Source: Monocercomonoides exilis PA203
Taxonomy: Eukaryota; Protista; Preaxostyla
Length of the DNA stretch: 64,000 nucleotides
Assembly (NCBI GenBank): GCA_001643675.2
Contig: LSRY02000024.1
Location: 124,001 to 188,000, forward strand
Direction: 5' to 3'
Shown here: piece after piece, positions 37,326 to 48,100 of the stretch
How the letters are laid out: each line of letters begins with the position of its first letter
Numbering within the stretch: position 1 is the first letter of the stretch
Position numbers and translations under genes: made by a program
Notes under the pieces: model-generated
What the model was told of the DNA's origin: nothing
What the model saw: only the letters and a program-made list of their open reading frames with translations
The model's database searches: none

Positions 37326-37956
37326 ATTTCTGAAAGATGAATTATTATTCTTTCATTTTCACTGATATTCCATCTCGGGCTGACAAATTATTTATGAAAA
37401 AAATCGTATTGGTTGCTATTATTGCAGCTTTTTTAATAGAAATAAAATGAGAATATGGTTCAAATACATTAATTGTTTTGCGCTTTTCTCACAAAAATAT
37501 CCACATGAAAATTAATGCATATTTATTTTTTGACACAATAAAATACAAAAAATTATAAATACGTTCCATTTTCCTGAAAATATGTGAAATTAAAAATCTC
37601 GATCACAAAAGTGGTCACTAATTTTTCTTCGGATTTTGCAACAAACAGACATTAAAAGATGTGGGGAAGCTGTCTGCGTGGAAATCTGAGAAAAAATTAG
37701 TGACCACTTTTGTGATCGCCAGTCATTTCAATTTTCAGTTTTATAATAGTTCCGATCGTTCAACGGATCAAATCTGATGAGAACCTTAATAAAAGTGTTT
37801 TTCTAAATGACTGGCGATCACAAAAGTGGTCACTAATTTTTTCTCAGATTTCCACGCAGACAGCTTCCCCACATCTTTTAATGTCTGTTTGTTGCAAAAT
37901 CCGAAGAAAAATTAGTGACCACTTTTGTGATCGAGATTTTTAATTTCACATATTTT
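37326..37956. repeat. Left terminal repeat: 251-bp outer arm plus 380-bp palindromic block (152 + 76 spacer + 152)
   Basis: 37326-37576 is the reverse complement of 43762-44012. 37577-37728 is the reverse complement of 37805-37956. Confidence 0.95.
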
Positions 37957-38715
37957 CAGAAAATATTAGCTTTTTGTTGTCTTATATGATGATTTTGATT
38001 GATTTGTTATGTTTTCGTATTTTAAAGGAAATTATTTATTGTTGATATCTTTATTATTATTTGTCATATGCCAAAATACACTTTTTCGTGAACATATGGA
38101 AAAACAAACAATGTGAAGTGAGAGAAAAACGTTAAAAAATATCAATCGTTCACCAATCAAAATGACATAAAATAATAAAAAGTTCTTCATGATTTCGATC
38201 ATAAATAAAATTGAAAACTGTCAGAAAATTTCGAATCAGATTCATCAACTTTCAATAAAACATAATTCAATCACATAATCATTAAACAATCACCAAATAT
38301 CAACTAAATATCAACAATTTTGAACAATAAAAAATATAAGAAGAAATAGTACAATTTCAACAAATTCGTGGTATCAAAGACAATTCCAAACAAAAAAGAA
38401 TACGTATATAAAAAGTTCAAAAACTAACTTGTCTATTTTCCACCTGTTTTTTATCCACTCACCCCTTTCTGATATTTCTCTCTCTTTGACTCAAAAAGAT
38501 CAAATCCAACAAAGAAAAAAGACAGACACAATGATAAAACAACATTTCACACTCTCAACAACTCTCCCTTCCAAAAACCTCACTCAAAGATCAATGAATT
38601 CCTTCACAACTCTATCTATTAATGAATCTCGATATATACATATATAAGCGGGACAATAACAAAGAAATAAATAGGGACATATCAGGGACAATAACCAAAA
38701 GAAAACAATCGGATT

Positions 38716-38853
38716 CTAACTATTGTGCACCTGGGAGGCTGTTCGTCGTATCCAGGTCCGGATAAAGCAGCCCGAAGGCTGCAATATCAAATACGAACAG
38801 TCATGTCCAGCACCCTTCCGATAGAGTGCCAGCTAAGCATGCACAATAACCAG
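38716..38853 (-). ncRNA. Putative structured RNA element directly 3' of the transposase stop codon
   Basis: GC-rich island. On the minus strand it forms a 14-bp closing stem with 3 G-U pairs, a GCAGCC-UUCG-GGCUGC hairpin, and stems CUGUUCGU/ACGAACAG, GGCACUCU/AGGGUGCU and UAUCC/GGAUA. Confidence 0.6.
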
Positions 38854-38857
38854 TTTC

Positions 38858-41800
38858 TTAAAAGGGGACACCAAAAGAACAATTTTGAGATTCATTAATA
38901 GAAGAAGAATCAAGAAGAAGCTCAAATCTCCTTGAAAGAAGATCTTGAGAAGATTGAGAAAGAAGAGAAGAGTCAGATGATGTGATATCAGAGTGAAATG
39001 ACTTTCTTGATCTTTGGACTTTTTCTTTCATTGTCGAAGATTCGAGGGCAACCAGAGAGCGTTGAGGAAGATATCCAACAGCTGAAGCACAGACAAATGA
39101 GCCCTTGCGCTCAAAATACAAGTAGTCTTTCATGTGGGGAACTGACAGTGATGGCCATGAAATTTGTTGAGATGGAACATATTCTTCAAAATATCTCTCA
39201 TGCACAGAGTCATTGACAGATGTTGACGATGGGGAGTTGTTTGATGATGATGATGAGAAAATGTTTGATTGTAAAGATGAAGAAGCTGATGTCGAAGTGT
39301 TCATATTGTTTTCGAAGAAGTTGATCAAGTCATGAAGTGTGGTGATGTGTTCAGTCGAAAGATTGTTGTCGATTGCATTCACTAACGCACCAAATTCACT
39401 ATCACAGATATTTTTTCCATGGTGCTCAGCGAAGAAGTTGAGTTGAGTATTTTTCTTTTTGAGAAGTTTGGATTGTTTTGAGAGGATGAAGTGAAGAAGG
39501 AAGCGATTTCGGTTGTGTGGACCAGAATCGCAGAAGAACTTAAAAGTGTGAGTGTCTGAGAAGAAGTGTCTTTTGATCACAGATTCCAGACACTCAATAA
39601 TAAATCTGTGATTATTTGAAAGGCAGTCGGAGAAGAAGTTGAAAGTTCTTTTTATTTGTTGATTATTTATTTTTTGAAGAGAGATGATTGTGAATTGAGA
39701 AACTTGTTGATAGTTGAAGAATTCTTGTTGAAGTTGATTTTTTCTGATGGGGAGTTTCCATTTCTCTTTGAAGTCAAAGACGAAGACTGCTTCTCCCTCT
39801 TTCAGATTGTCGACAGTTGATTGATAGTGTTTTCGTTGCATTTCAGCAACAAGTCGGTGTTGACGAAGAAGTTTGAGTGTATGAAGCTCAGCAGAAGAAA
39901 GTCCATTTTTGTTTGGAGATGACTTTAATTTGTTCTCAAGATAGTTCAACTTCTCACACATTCCACAAAGGTCAGTTCGTCTTTTCGCTTTAGAGAAGTT
40001 TGTTGTTAGCTTGTAGAAATGGGAAAGAGAAACTTTAATATTTGTTTCTTCTGAAAACTCTTTCCATAATTTCGTCTTGGGCTTGAAGATTAATCTCTTT
40101 TCATTGGGAGAAAAGATGCCCGTTTTCTTTCTTCTTTCTTTCAGTGCTTCCAATCCATATGAAGATGTGATTGATGAAGAAAGTTGTGAAATGGAAGTTG
40201 TTCGGGGAGGGAGTGTGATGAATGGAGACGATGATGATGATGTTGTTGTTGTTGATGTGTTATTTAAGGTGTTGTTATTGGATGTTTCTGAAGAAGAGGA
40301 GGAACCACCAAATTGAATAGTTGAAAACGTTGGTTTTGTTTTTTCTTTGGTATAGAATGAGAGCGATGGATTGTAACCTTGTGCGTAAAGATCCTTCCAT
40401 GCCTTTGTCCAATTTTCGATGTTCAGTTCTGTCACATCAGCATCGTTGCAAATATTCCATGAGACATCGTTTCCTCTATTTCTTTTGATGACAGCGATAT
40501 AATGGCCATTTCTTTGATCCAACTGTTTATGAAGAATTTGCCCAACAAAATGATAAAAATACACTTCTTTATAGTTCTTTTGGAGATGTTGAAAACTTTC
40601 TGTTGAAAACCCTTTGATAAATGTTCGCTTGTTAACACGATCAGTTTCAATCATAAGCGTTCTTGAAGGAGCAGAGCTAGCAGAATCAGTGCATTCGTGA
40701 CAGAGGGCAAGCACCTCTGGAAATGCAGCCATTTCCTCCCATCGAGCAGTACAGCATTTATCCTTACACACATCGCAAAAGACACTATTCTTTCCTTCCA
40801 AAATTTCTGTTGCAAAAAGTGAAGATAAACCTTTGTGAGGTGATGATGCATTGATGACAATATTGCAACAAGATTCATTAAAATGATTTGAAACTTTTTG
40901 ACATTTTTGACATTTGAAATGTGTAATGAGCACTGGATTGAAGGTGTCCTTTTCAATTATCTTATCATTTTGAAGAAGTTGATGAAGATTTTCAAATGCC
41001 TCTATCACATTCTGTTGTTGCCGACTTCCGTATCTGCAGAATGATTCCCATTTGTTGATCAGTGATGGGGCCCACGAACGCACTAATGTTCCATCTTTTG
41101 CAAGTTGTTGACAAACACTCAAAACACGAGAAGATAAATTGTTTTTTGATGTTGTGTTTGTTATAATTGATTGTTTTTGTGAAGTTATTGAAGAGAAGCA
41201 TTGAAGGAGAGAGGCAAGATAGCAAGTGTTTCCAAGATTTTCCAATCCTTTCTTTGTTTTTGATGAAGCAATTGAAGCGGTTTTGACACTTGAAGAAATT
41301 GATGGAGAAGGAGAACAAGTTGAAGAATAAATATCCATTGTGTTTCTGTTGTTCATGATACGCGAAGAATTTTCATGATTTGAACAAATTCTATTGTCTT
41401 CATGGGTTTTGTGTTGAGATGGAGAAGTGATGCTGTCTTTTACAAATGAAGACAGAAGATCTTGAAATGCATGTGGAGGAATTAGAGTGGGAGAAGAAAT
41501 ATATTCCAGAAATTGCTCGCTCGCTCTCACATTTTCATTTCTATTGGATGAAGAAGAATTGCCAATAATTATCGTATTTTTCGATATGTTTTGTTGCTTT
41601 TTGGATAAAGAGGAAGAGGAAGAGGAAGAGGAGGAGGTAGAGGAGGAGGAAGAGGAGGAAGAGGAAGAGGAAGAGGAAGAGGAAGAGGAAGAGGAAGAGG
41701 AAGAGGAAGAGGAAGAGGAAGAGGAAGAGGAAGAGGAAGAGGAAGAGGAGGAAGAGGAGGAAGAGGAAGAGGAAGAGGAAGAGGAAGAGGAAGAGGAAGA

Positions 41801-43095
41801 GGAAGAGGAGGAGGTAGAGGAGGAGGAAGAGGAGGAAGAGGAAGAGGAAGAGGAAGAGGAAGAGGAAGAGGAAGAGGAAGAGGAAGAGGAAGAGGAAGAG
41901 GAAGAGGAAGAGGAAGAGGAAGAGGAGGAAGAGGAAGAGGAAGAGGAAGAGGAAGAGGAGGAAGAGGAAGAGGAAGAGGAAGAGGAAGAGGAAGAGGAAG
42001 AGGAAGAGGAAGAGGAGGAGGAGGAGGAGGAAGAAGAGGAAGAGGAAGAGGAAGAGGAAGAGGAGGAGGAGGAGGAAGAAGAAGAGGAAGAGGAAGAAGA
42101 AGAAGATGGAGGAGGAGGAGGAGGAGAAGTTGATGATTTTTTTGTTTTGAAGAATTTGTGAATTGGGATGGGCGAAGGAGAAGAATAACGTTTATGACAT
42201 GATTTGTTTGTTTTTCTTTTTGTTATTCCCCTTTCTCTCCTTATTGGAGTGCTGATTGGTGTATCAACAGGTTGAGAAAATGAAGAATTTGTTGATGAAG
42301 AATTATTTTCTGAAACGACATTTGATTTTTTATTTTGTTTTGATGAAAAAGAAGAAGAAGAAGATTGTTTTTTGATTGAAGAAGAATTTTCCGTTATTAT
42401 TTCATCTTCCCAGGCATCTTCGTCAATAAATCTGGCGTAATCTGGCTCAGCTCGCTGCTTTTTCTTTGCAGATTGAAGCGAAGTTGAGGCTTCAGTGGAA
42501 TGGGCTAACATCCAGTTGTTGCCCTTTTCCCAGTCCTGTTCATTTAAACCTATAACAAACAGAGATAATTATTCAAAAAAAATTCAAATAAAAACAAACC
42601 ACTTTTGCAAGACGGAAAGTGAGGTTTTTGAGGCGGAATGATAAATCCTTGGTTCTTTTTGAGCGTTTGCTTCGCGTAAATGTATTTGCCTTCTGTGACA
42701 TCATATCCATAGTCTTGTAAATCTGATAATGATGTGTTTCGAGACAGCGCCTGTAGCATTGTTGTCTGAGTGTGCAATGGAGCGTTTTTGTACACAACAG
42801 ACATGTCTTCGAGCAGCTTTATATGATATTCTGTTAGAAAAAAAAATAATAAACAAAAAAATAAGAAAATGACAAGGATGACAGTTCAGAAAATTTTCAA
42901 TATAAAAATTCAAAAAATCAAAATCAAACCGTTCAATGACTTCAGCAAATTGTTAATAACTGAAGATGATTGCCTGTAAGTGTAAAACAAATAGACAAGC
43001 AATGAATCAACGTCATCTCCACCGATGCGTTCAATTTCATTCCATAAAACTTTGCATTTTGAATTAAGAGTTGATTGAGGTTTCGAAAAAGACAT
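38858..43095 (-). CDS. USP (peptidase C19)-transposase fusion, ~1362 aa; exons 43095-42930, 42830-42600, 42549-38858
   Basis: Both GT-AG introns join the frames without stops (4089 nt). USP: GLENLGNTCYLASLLQ, QQNVIEAF, CxxC pairs, NGHYIA, WNICND. Transposase: TDLCGMC, FDFKEKW, FCDSGPHNRN, NFFAEHHGKNICDSEFG. Confidence 0.9.
41608..42107. repeat. (GAGGAA)n coding repeat, about 165 Ser on the minus strand
   Basis: About 500 bp of GAG/GAA triplets in frame within exon 3. Confidence 0.95.
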
Positions 43096-43381
43096 AATTG
43101 GGATTTTTTTGATTTTTTTATGGGAAAAAGCCACATTTCTTTTTTCTCGTTAAACACTATGTTTCACACAAAAAATAAATATTTGTTCAATTTGATATTT
43201 TCAAAATGATGAATTGATATTGGTAACTGATATCACAATTTTTTGTCTTCAAACAAAAACCAACGCATAAATGTATTTCATTCAAACTGTTGTTAATTAC
43301 ATAGCAATAAAAATCACAAACAAATAGATGTTAGAAAACACTTAAATTATGAATAAATATTACAAAACGATAATCATCATT

Positions 43382-44012
43382 AAAATATGTGAAATTAAAA
43401 ATCTCGATCACAAAAGTGGTCACTAATTTTTCTTCGGATTTTGCAACAAACAGACATTAAAAGATGTGGGGAAGCTGTCTGCGTGGAAATCTGAGAAAAA
43501 ATTAGTGACCACTTTTGTGATCGCCAGTCATTTCAATTTTCAGTTTTATAATAGTTCCGATCGTTCAACGGATCAAATCTGATGAGAACCTTAATAAAAG
43601 TGTTTTTCTAAATGACTGGCGATCACAAAAGTGGTCACTAATTTTTTCTCAGATTTCCACGCAGACAGCTTCCCCACATCTTTTAATGTCTGTTTGTTGC
43701 AAAATCCGAAGAAAAATTAGTGACCACTTTTGTGATCGAGATTTTTAATTTCACATATTTTCAGGAAAATGGAACGTATTTATAATTTTTTGTATTTTAT
43801 TGTGTCAAAAAATAAATATGCATTAATTTTCATGTGGATATTTTTGTGAGAAAAGCGCAAAACAATTAATGTATTTGAACCATATTCTCATTTTATTTCT
43901 ATTAAAAAAGCTGCAATAATAGCAACCAATACGATTTTTTTCATAAATAATTTGTCAGCCCGAGATGGAATATCAGTGAAAATGAAAGAATAATAATTCA
44001 TCTTTCAGAAAT
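43382..44012. repeat. Right terminal repeat: 380-bp palindromic block plus 251-bp outer arm
   Basis: 43382-43761 matches 37577-37956 as a direct repeat, while 43762-44012 is inverted relative to 37326-37576. Confidence 0.95.
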
Positions 44013-44904
44013 GCATCTGAAACTGCATTTTTTTCATCGAATTTTTATATGGAGATTCATTGTGTACAGTGACAGAACAACAATTTTGTTCGCATTTCAA
44101 TATATAGAACATTTGATGATTATAACAGACGTCAAATTTCAAATAGAATTTGAGTTTTCATGCTCTTATTCTTTTTAGTCATTTGAAATTTAACTATTTC
44201 AATCATGCACCAGTTTGAAGCTTCAACATTTCATTCATCCACAACGCTGATGCGATATAATATTCTTCTTTTGCATCACGAGGATTTCACTTTTTCCTGT
44301 TTGCTGAGATTTTCAAATATGACTTATTCCGATTGCACCACAACAATGCATTCTACTCCTGCTGAAAATGTCTTTAAATCCATTTTTTGCTCGTATAATT
44401 CTTCTTCTTCCTCTTCTTTCATATTCGTTTCCTTCGTCTTTATCGTAGTCGTCTTCTCTTCCTTTCAGTCTTCTTTTTCTCCACAAAATTCAGAATGTGT
44501 TCATTTTGTTAATTTGTTTCATCGTCTTTCTCTTCCTCTTTGCCTTCCTATTCTTCGTCTCTCATCTTCATAAACAATCACCTAATATGCTTGCTCTCTC
44601 AGCACAACGATTAAGCAACCTTTTCACATCATTCCGTTCGTCCGCTGTTTTCCGCAATCTTTATCTTCTCCTTCTCTTTCTTCTTCTTTTCGATATAATC
44701 AAAATTACCAACAAACTTCTTAAAGAAAATGATAAAAAGTCTACTTTCACTTCTTCTTCTTCGTCTTCGTCTTCGTCTTCCTATTCTTCTTCTTCTTCTT
44801 CTGTCTTCTTCTTCTTCTTCCTCTTCCAATTTCTGGTTTTTTGATGAAAACAAACCTTCCTCCAATGCCTTCACGAAAAGAAAATGATGGAAAAGGGAAT
44901 AACA

Positions 44905-44960
44905 GAAAGGAAGGAAGGAAGGAAGGAAGGAAGGAAGGAAGAAGAAGAAGAAGAAGAAGA
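44905..44960. repeat. (GAAG)n(GAA)n compound microsatellite
   Basis: Read directly. Confidence 0.85.
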
Positions 44961-47455
44961 GAATGCAAAGCATGTTGCAGCTCCGGAGAATTTCCACAAC
45001 GAACTAACTCGAATGTTTGAGAAGACATCTACTAAGGAGAAAGACAAGCGGAAGATGAATGAAAAGATTCCCAGAGAATGAGCTGACTGTAGAGGCGAAG
45101 CGGGAGATTTAGGAAAAATGGATGATGGCTTTCTTTCAAGCAGAAGAGAGAGAGACAAAGGAGGTGAAGGAATATAAAATGCTTTGATTTCTGGTGGATT
45201 GTTATCTTCATAGGACAGCACGGGCAGAATGGGACCAAGCTTGTTAGCGATGGAAGTTGTAAAAAAAAAGCAGCAAAAGCAGATGAAACATATAGATCTT
45301 CCTCCTGGTCCAGTCACAAAACATATTTAGCTGAAGTTGGTTCAATTTTAGAGAACAAAAAATACGAAATTGACAATATCTGCTAATAACAATTGCTGCT
45401 GAAATAGAAGAAGAAAGATAGGCAAAGGGTCGATAATCCGGGAAGAGAAGGAGAGGAAGGTGCGCTGACAGTGCTTGTGGCGCAAAGGAGGTTTGATGGG
45501 AGTGACGGAGCAGACGCAGAAATGGAGGAGATTAACGTCATCCAATACTCGCAACATGCACAGAATACTTTGTGTGCTTTTCGCGACAGCTTTCTGTGCG
45601 CTCCATCACCGAGGCCTTCGTCTGACCCTCAGTTCGCGATAGATATATTTCGGAGGAAGCAGTAGAAGGAGTGGGCTCCTGAGATTCCTCAGGTTAACAT
45701 CGAATGCTCACTGTTTGTTTCGTGTGTAGTGTAGGATGTGAAAATGAATCTGTTCTATGAACAGAATGAGAACTCGATTTGGAATGGCCGGTCGTCGGTA
45801 ACGGATGAGAAATTTGAGGCGAATGACCCGCTCATCTTATTCACAGGCACCATTGCGAAGATCTCTTGAAAGTGCCGCTTTCTGCGCTGCATGGACAGGC
45901 ACAATGGAAGAGAGTATGGAAGCTTCAGTGGAATCTACCAGTCTGAGTTGGATTTTTTGTTGTCTGATTCGAGCAGGGAAGAAACACAGGCGTAGAAGTT
46001 TATCACATAGCCAAAGAGGATTGCGAATGAAAAGCAGACTCAGTTCACGTCACAGAACAAGGAAACAGTCGAAGAGGCGAAGTTGGACGCGCCCAGTGCA
46101 GCAAGCTTTATGAGACTTGTAAATGAAAATGTCTATCTTTGGGGGAAATAAGCTATTAACATACAAGATTGACTAGATTTTCAAAGAAGAAAGATTTAAG
46201 GAAAGAGATGAGAGCCAAAGGCTGCGGATGTTCTGAGCTCGACGAGAGAAAAAAACAGAATTTCAGACGGATCAATGTTGGTGATGGAGAAGATTGGAAT
46301 AAATGTTTGTGTTTATTTTCTTTTTATTTAACAAAGAAATATTATCAATTTATAATTAATTGCTTATTTTTATTTTTATTTCATATTCTTTTAAAAATTT
46401 TGAACTATTTGCTTTTATTTTTCTCTTTTTCTTGTGAACAGACATTCTTGACAGGGATTTGTTAGTTGATCGCATTGGTCATTTTGTGAGTGTGTGCATT
46501 GACAACCTGCATCGAAATGCCTGTCTGAACTACCTCTGCATTAAAATCATAGAGACGCCAAATCTTTCCACTCTGTTGTGACCTACACAAACAATCTCCA
46601 TAAAACTCTGTGCGAGAAACAATGAAGGCACAATTCCTCATTTTATAAAATTTTCTATATTATTCTATTATTTGTTATTTTTTTACTTTTATTCCATTTC
46701 TTGTTTACAAATTAATTTTATTCAATATTTTATCTCAATTAATTCAATCTAATAATATTCATACATATGAATCATCCCTCATTTAATCACTTTTTTTAAT
46801 CAGTTTCGATCGCGAAGCATGGACTGCGGATCTCTTCCAGGATAGCTTCTCAGAGTTTCTGCTGCCATTGGAAACAGAACAGAAAAAAAAGACTGAACAA
46901 TGTGCCATCTCCACCGCACCATTTGCTTCAACAGATATTTCGGTGACGCCGATGACTGCCTCCTTTCCACACACGCTGGCTTTCTCTTTTCAGAGTCCAC
47001 TTTAGATATCTTCTCTTCATCATCAATACCTTCTTCTTTTTCTTCCTTTTCTTTTGCGTCGTTCATTTCTAAGTCCCCCTCCATTGTCTCGTCCTCTGAT
47101 GATGCTGCTGTTAGCATCAGGTGGGTATTGGAAGTTGCATCATTCTCATCTCTTCCTCCTCATTCTCTTATTCTAATCCTTCTTCTTCTCTCTCTTCCTT
47201 CTCGACCTCCTTCCACTTTCAATGCTTTCTGCAAATTTCTTCTTTTGCTGGATAAGGAGCTCTCCAAAAGAGAAGAAGAAGATGAAGGAGGAGAAATTGA
47301 GAGAGAAAGAAAGTGACAAAGATTAGAAATAGCATGTTTCAACTTTAATAATTTCTTATCGTACTATACACACAAAAACTATTCTGTTGCTTCAACTACA
47401 TCTTCATCTTCACCTTCAGCTTCCTTGTCTTCTTTGTCTTTATCTACGCAACATT

Positions 47456-48100
47456 CTATTGCACCTTCTTCAGAAGACCCATCGCGTTGTGTGTCCTCTT
47501 GTAGGGCATCTTTGATGTCCAACAAAACATTGCTTTGATGCCAAGATGACCATCCACGCATTCATTGTCAGCTACATGCCCGTTGAGAATTATAAACAAA
47601 TCGACATCCCAATCGCCAAATGCTTCTGTTCTGTCATGTCCAACGACTGAGTTGCCTTTCTGAGTGATGTTTCCCATGAAGGCGAACAAGGGCTCTTTCA
47701 CAGAAGCGACAAGGGATTCACACACAAAATACATTTTTCTTCCAACACTCGCCTTGTTGGCTGAAAACACGATATTGGTGATGGAAAAGGAGGATTCTGA
47801 CACTTGCGAATCATCCTTGTACTCGATCATGAGAGCACCGCCTCTTCCTCCAGAACTTGTATCCTCGTTCACAGAACAGGTGGAGAAGATGGTGTTCCTC
47901 ACAGAAAACGAGTTGGCAGGGGCAGATGATGCGAATGAGATGTATTCGCCATTGGTGGGAATCTGTTGGCGTTGTGGAGCTGAGTCGATGTTGGCGATTG
48001 TGCAGTTGGTGAGGGAGAGGGAGAGGGCAGGGGAGTTGGCAATTAATGAAGAAATGAAAGAAGAGAGAAGAAGAAACGAAGGATGAATGGAATGAATTCC
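47456..48100 (-). pseudogene. Fragment of the surface-protein family
   Basis: GGRGGALMIE...IVFSANKASVGRKMYFVC...DVDLF matches the GGG..FxxNxAxxGxxxF module of the giant proteins. The frame is broken. Confidence 0.7.

Larger units (their letters stand above)
37326..44012 (-). mobile_element. Young 6687-bp TIR DNA transposon (Sola-like DDD transposase fused to a USP deubiquitinase)
   Basis: 631-bp terminal repeats with no mismatch found by eye, flanking one intact spliced gene with transposase motifs. Confidence 0.9.

Noticed and set aside
37770-37810. Hammerhead ribozyme in the TIR spacer (CTGATGAG)
   Set aside because: No GAAA core after a stem II and no stem I/III pairing found.
38716-38853. 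SECIS or stop-readthrough signal
   Set aside because: AUGA precedes a stem but the opposing GA of the SECIS core is missing. Readthrough of the TAA would add only 18 further codons before a TGA.
41487-42161. Plus-strand poly-Glu ORF
   Set aside because: Antisense shadow of the poly-Ser tract in the transposase gene.
37577-43761. 380-bp direct repeats as retroelement LTRs or a CRISPR array
   Set aside because: No RT or integrase between them, no TG...CA ends and no unique spacers. They are embedded in inverted outer arms.
44200-47350. Short ORFs right of the transposon
   Set aside because: Stop-ridden low-complexity sequence with no recognisable domain; probably gene debris that cannot be assigned.
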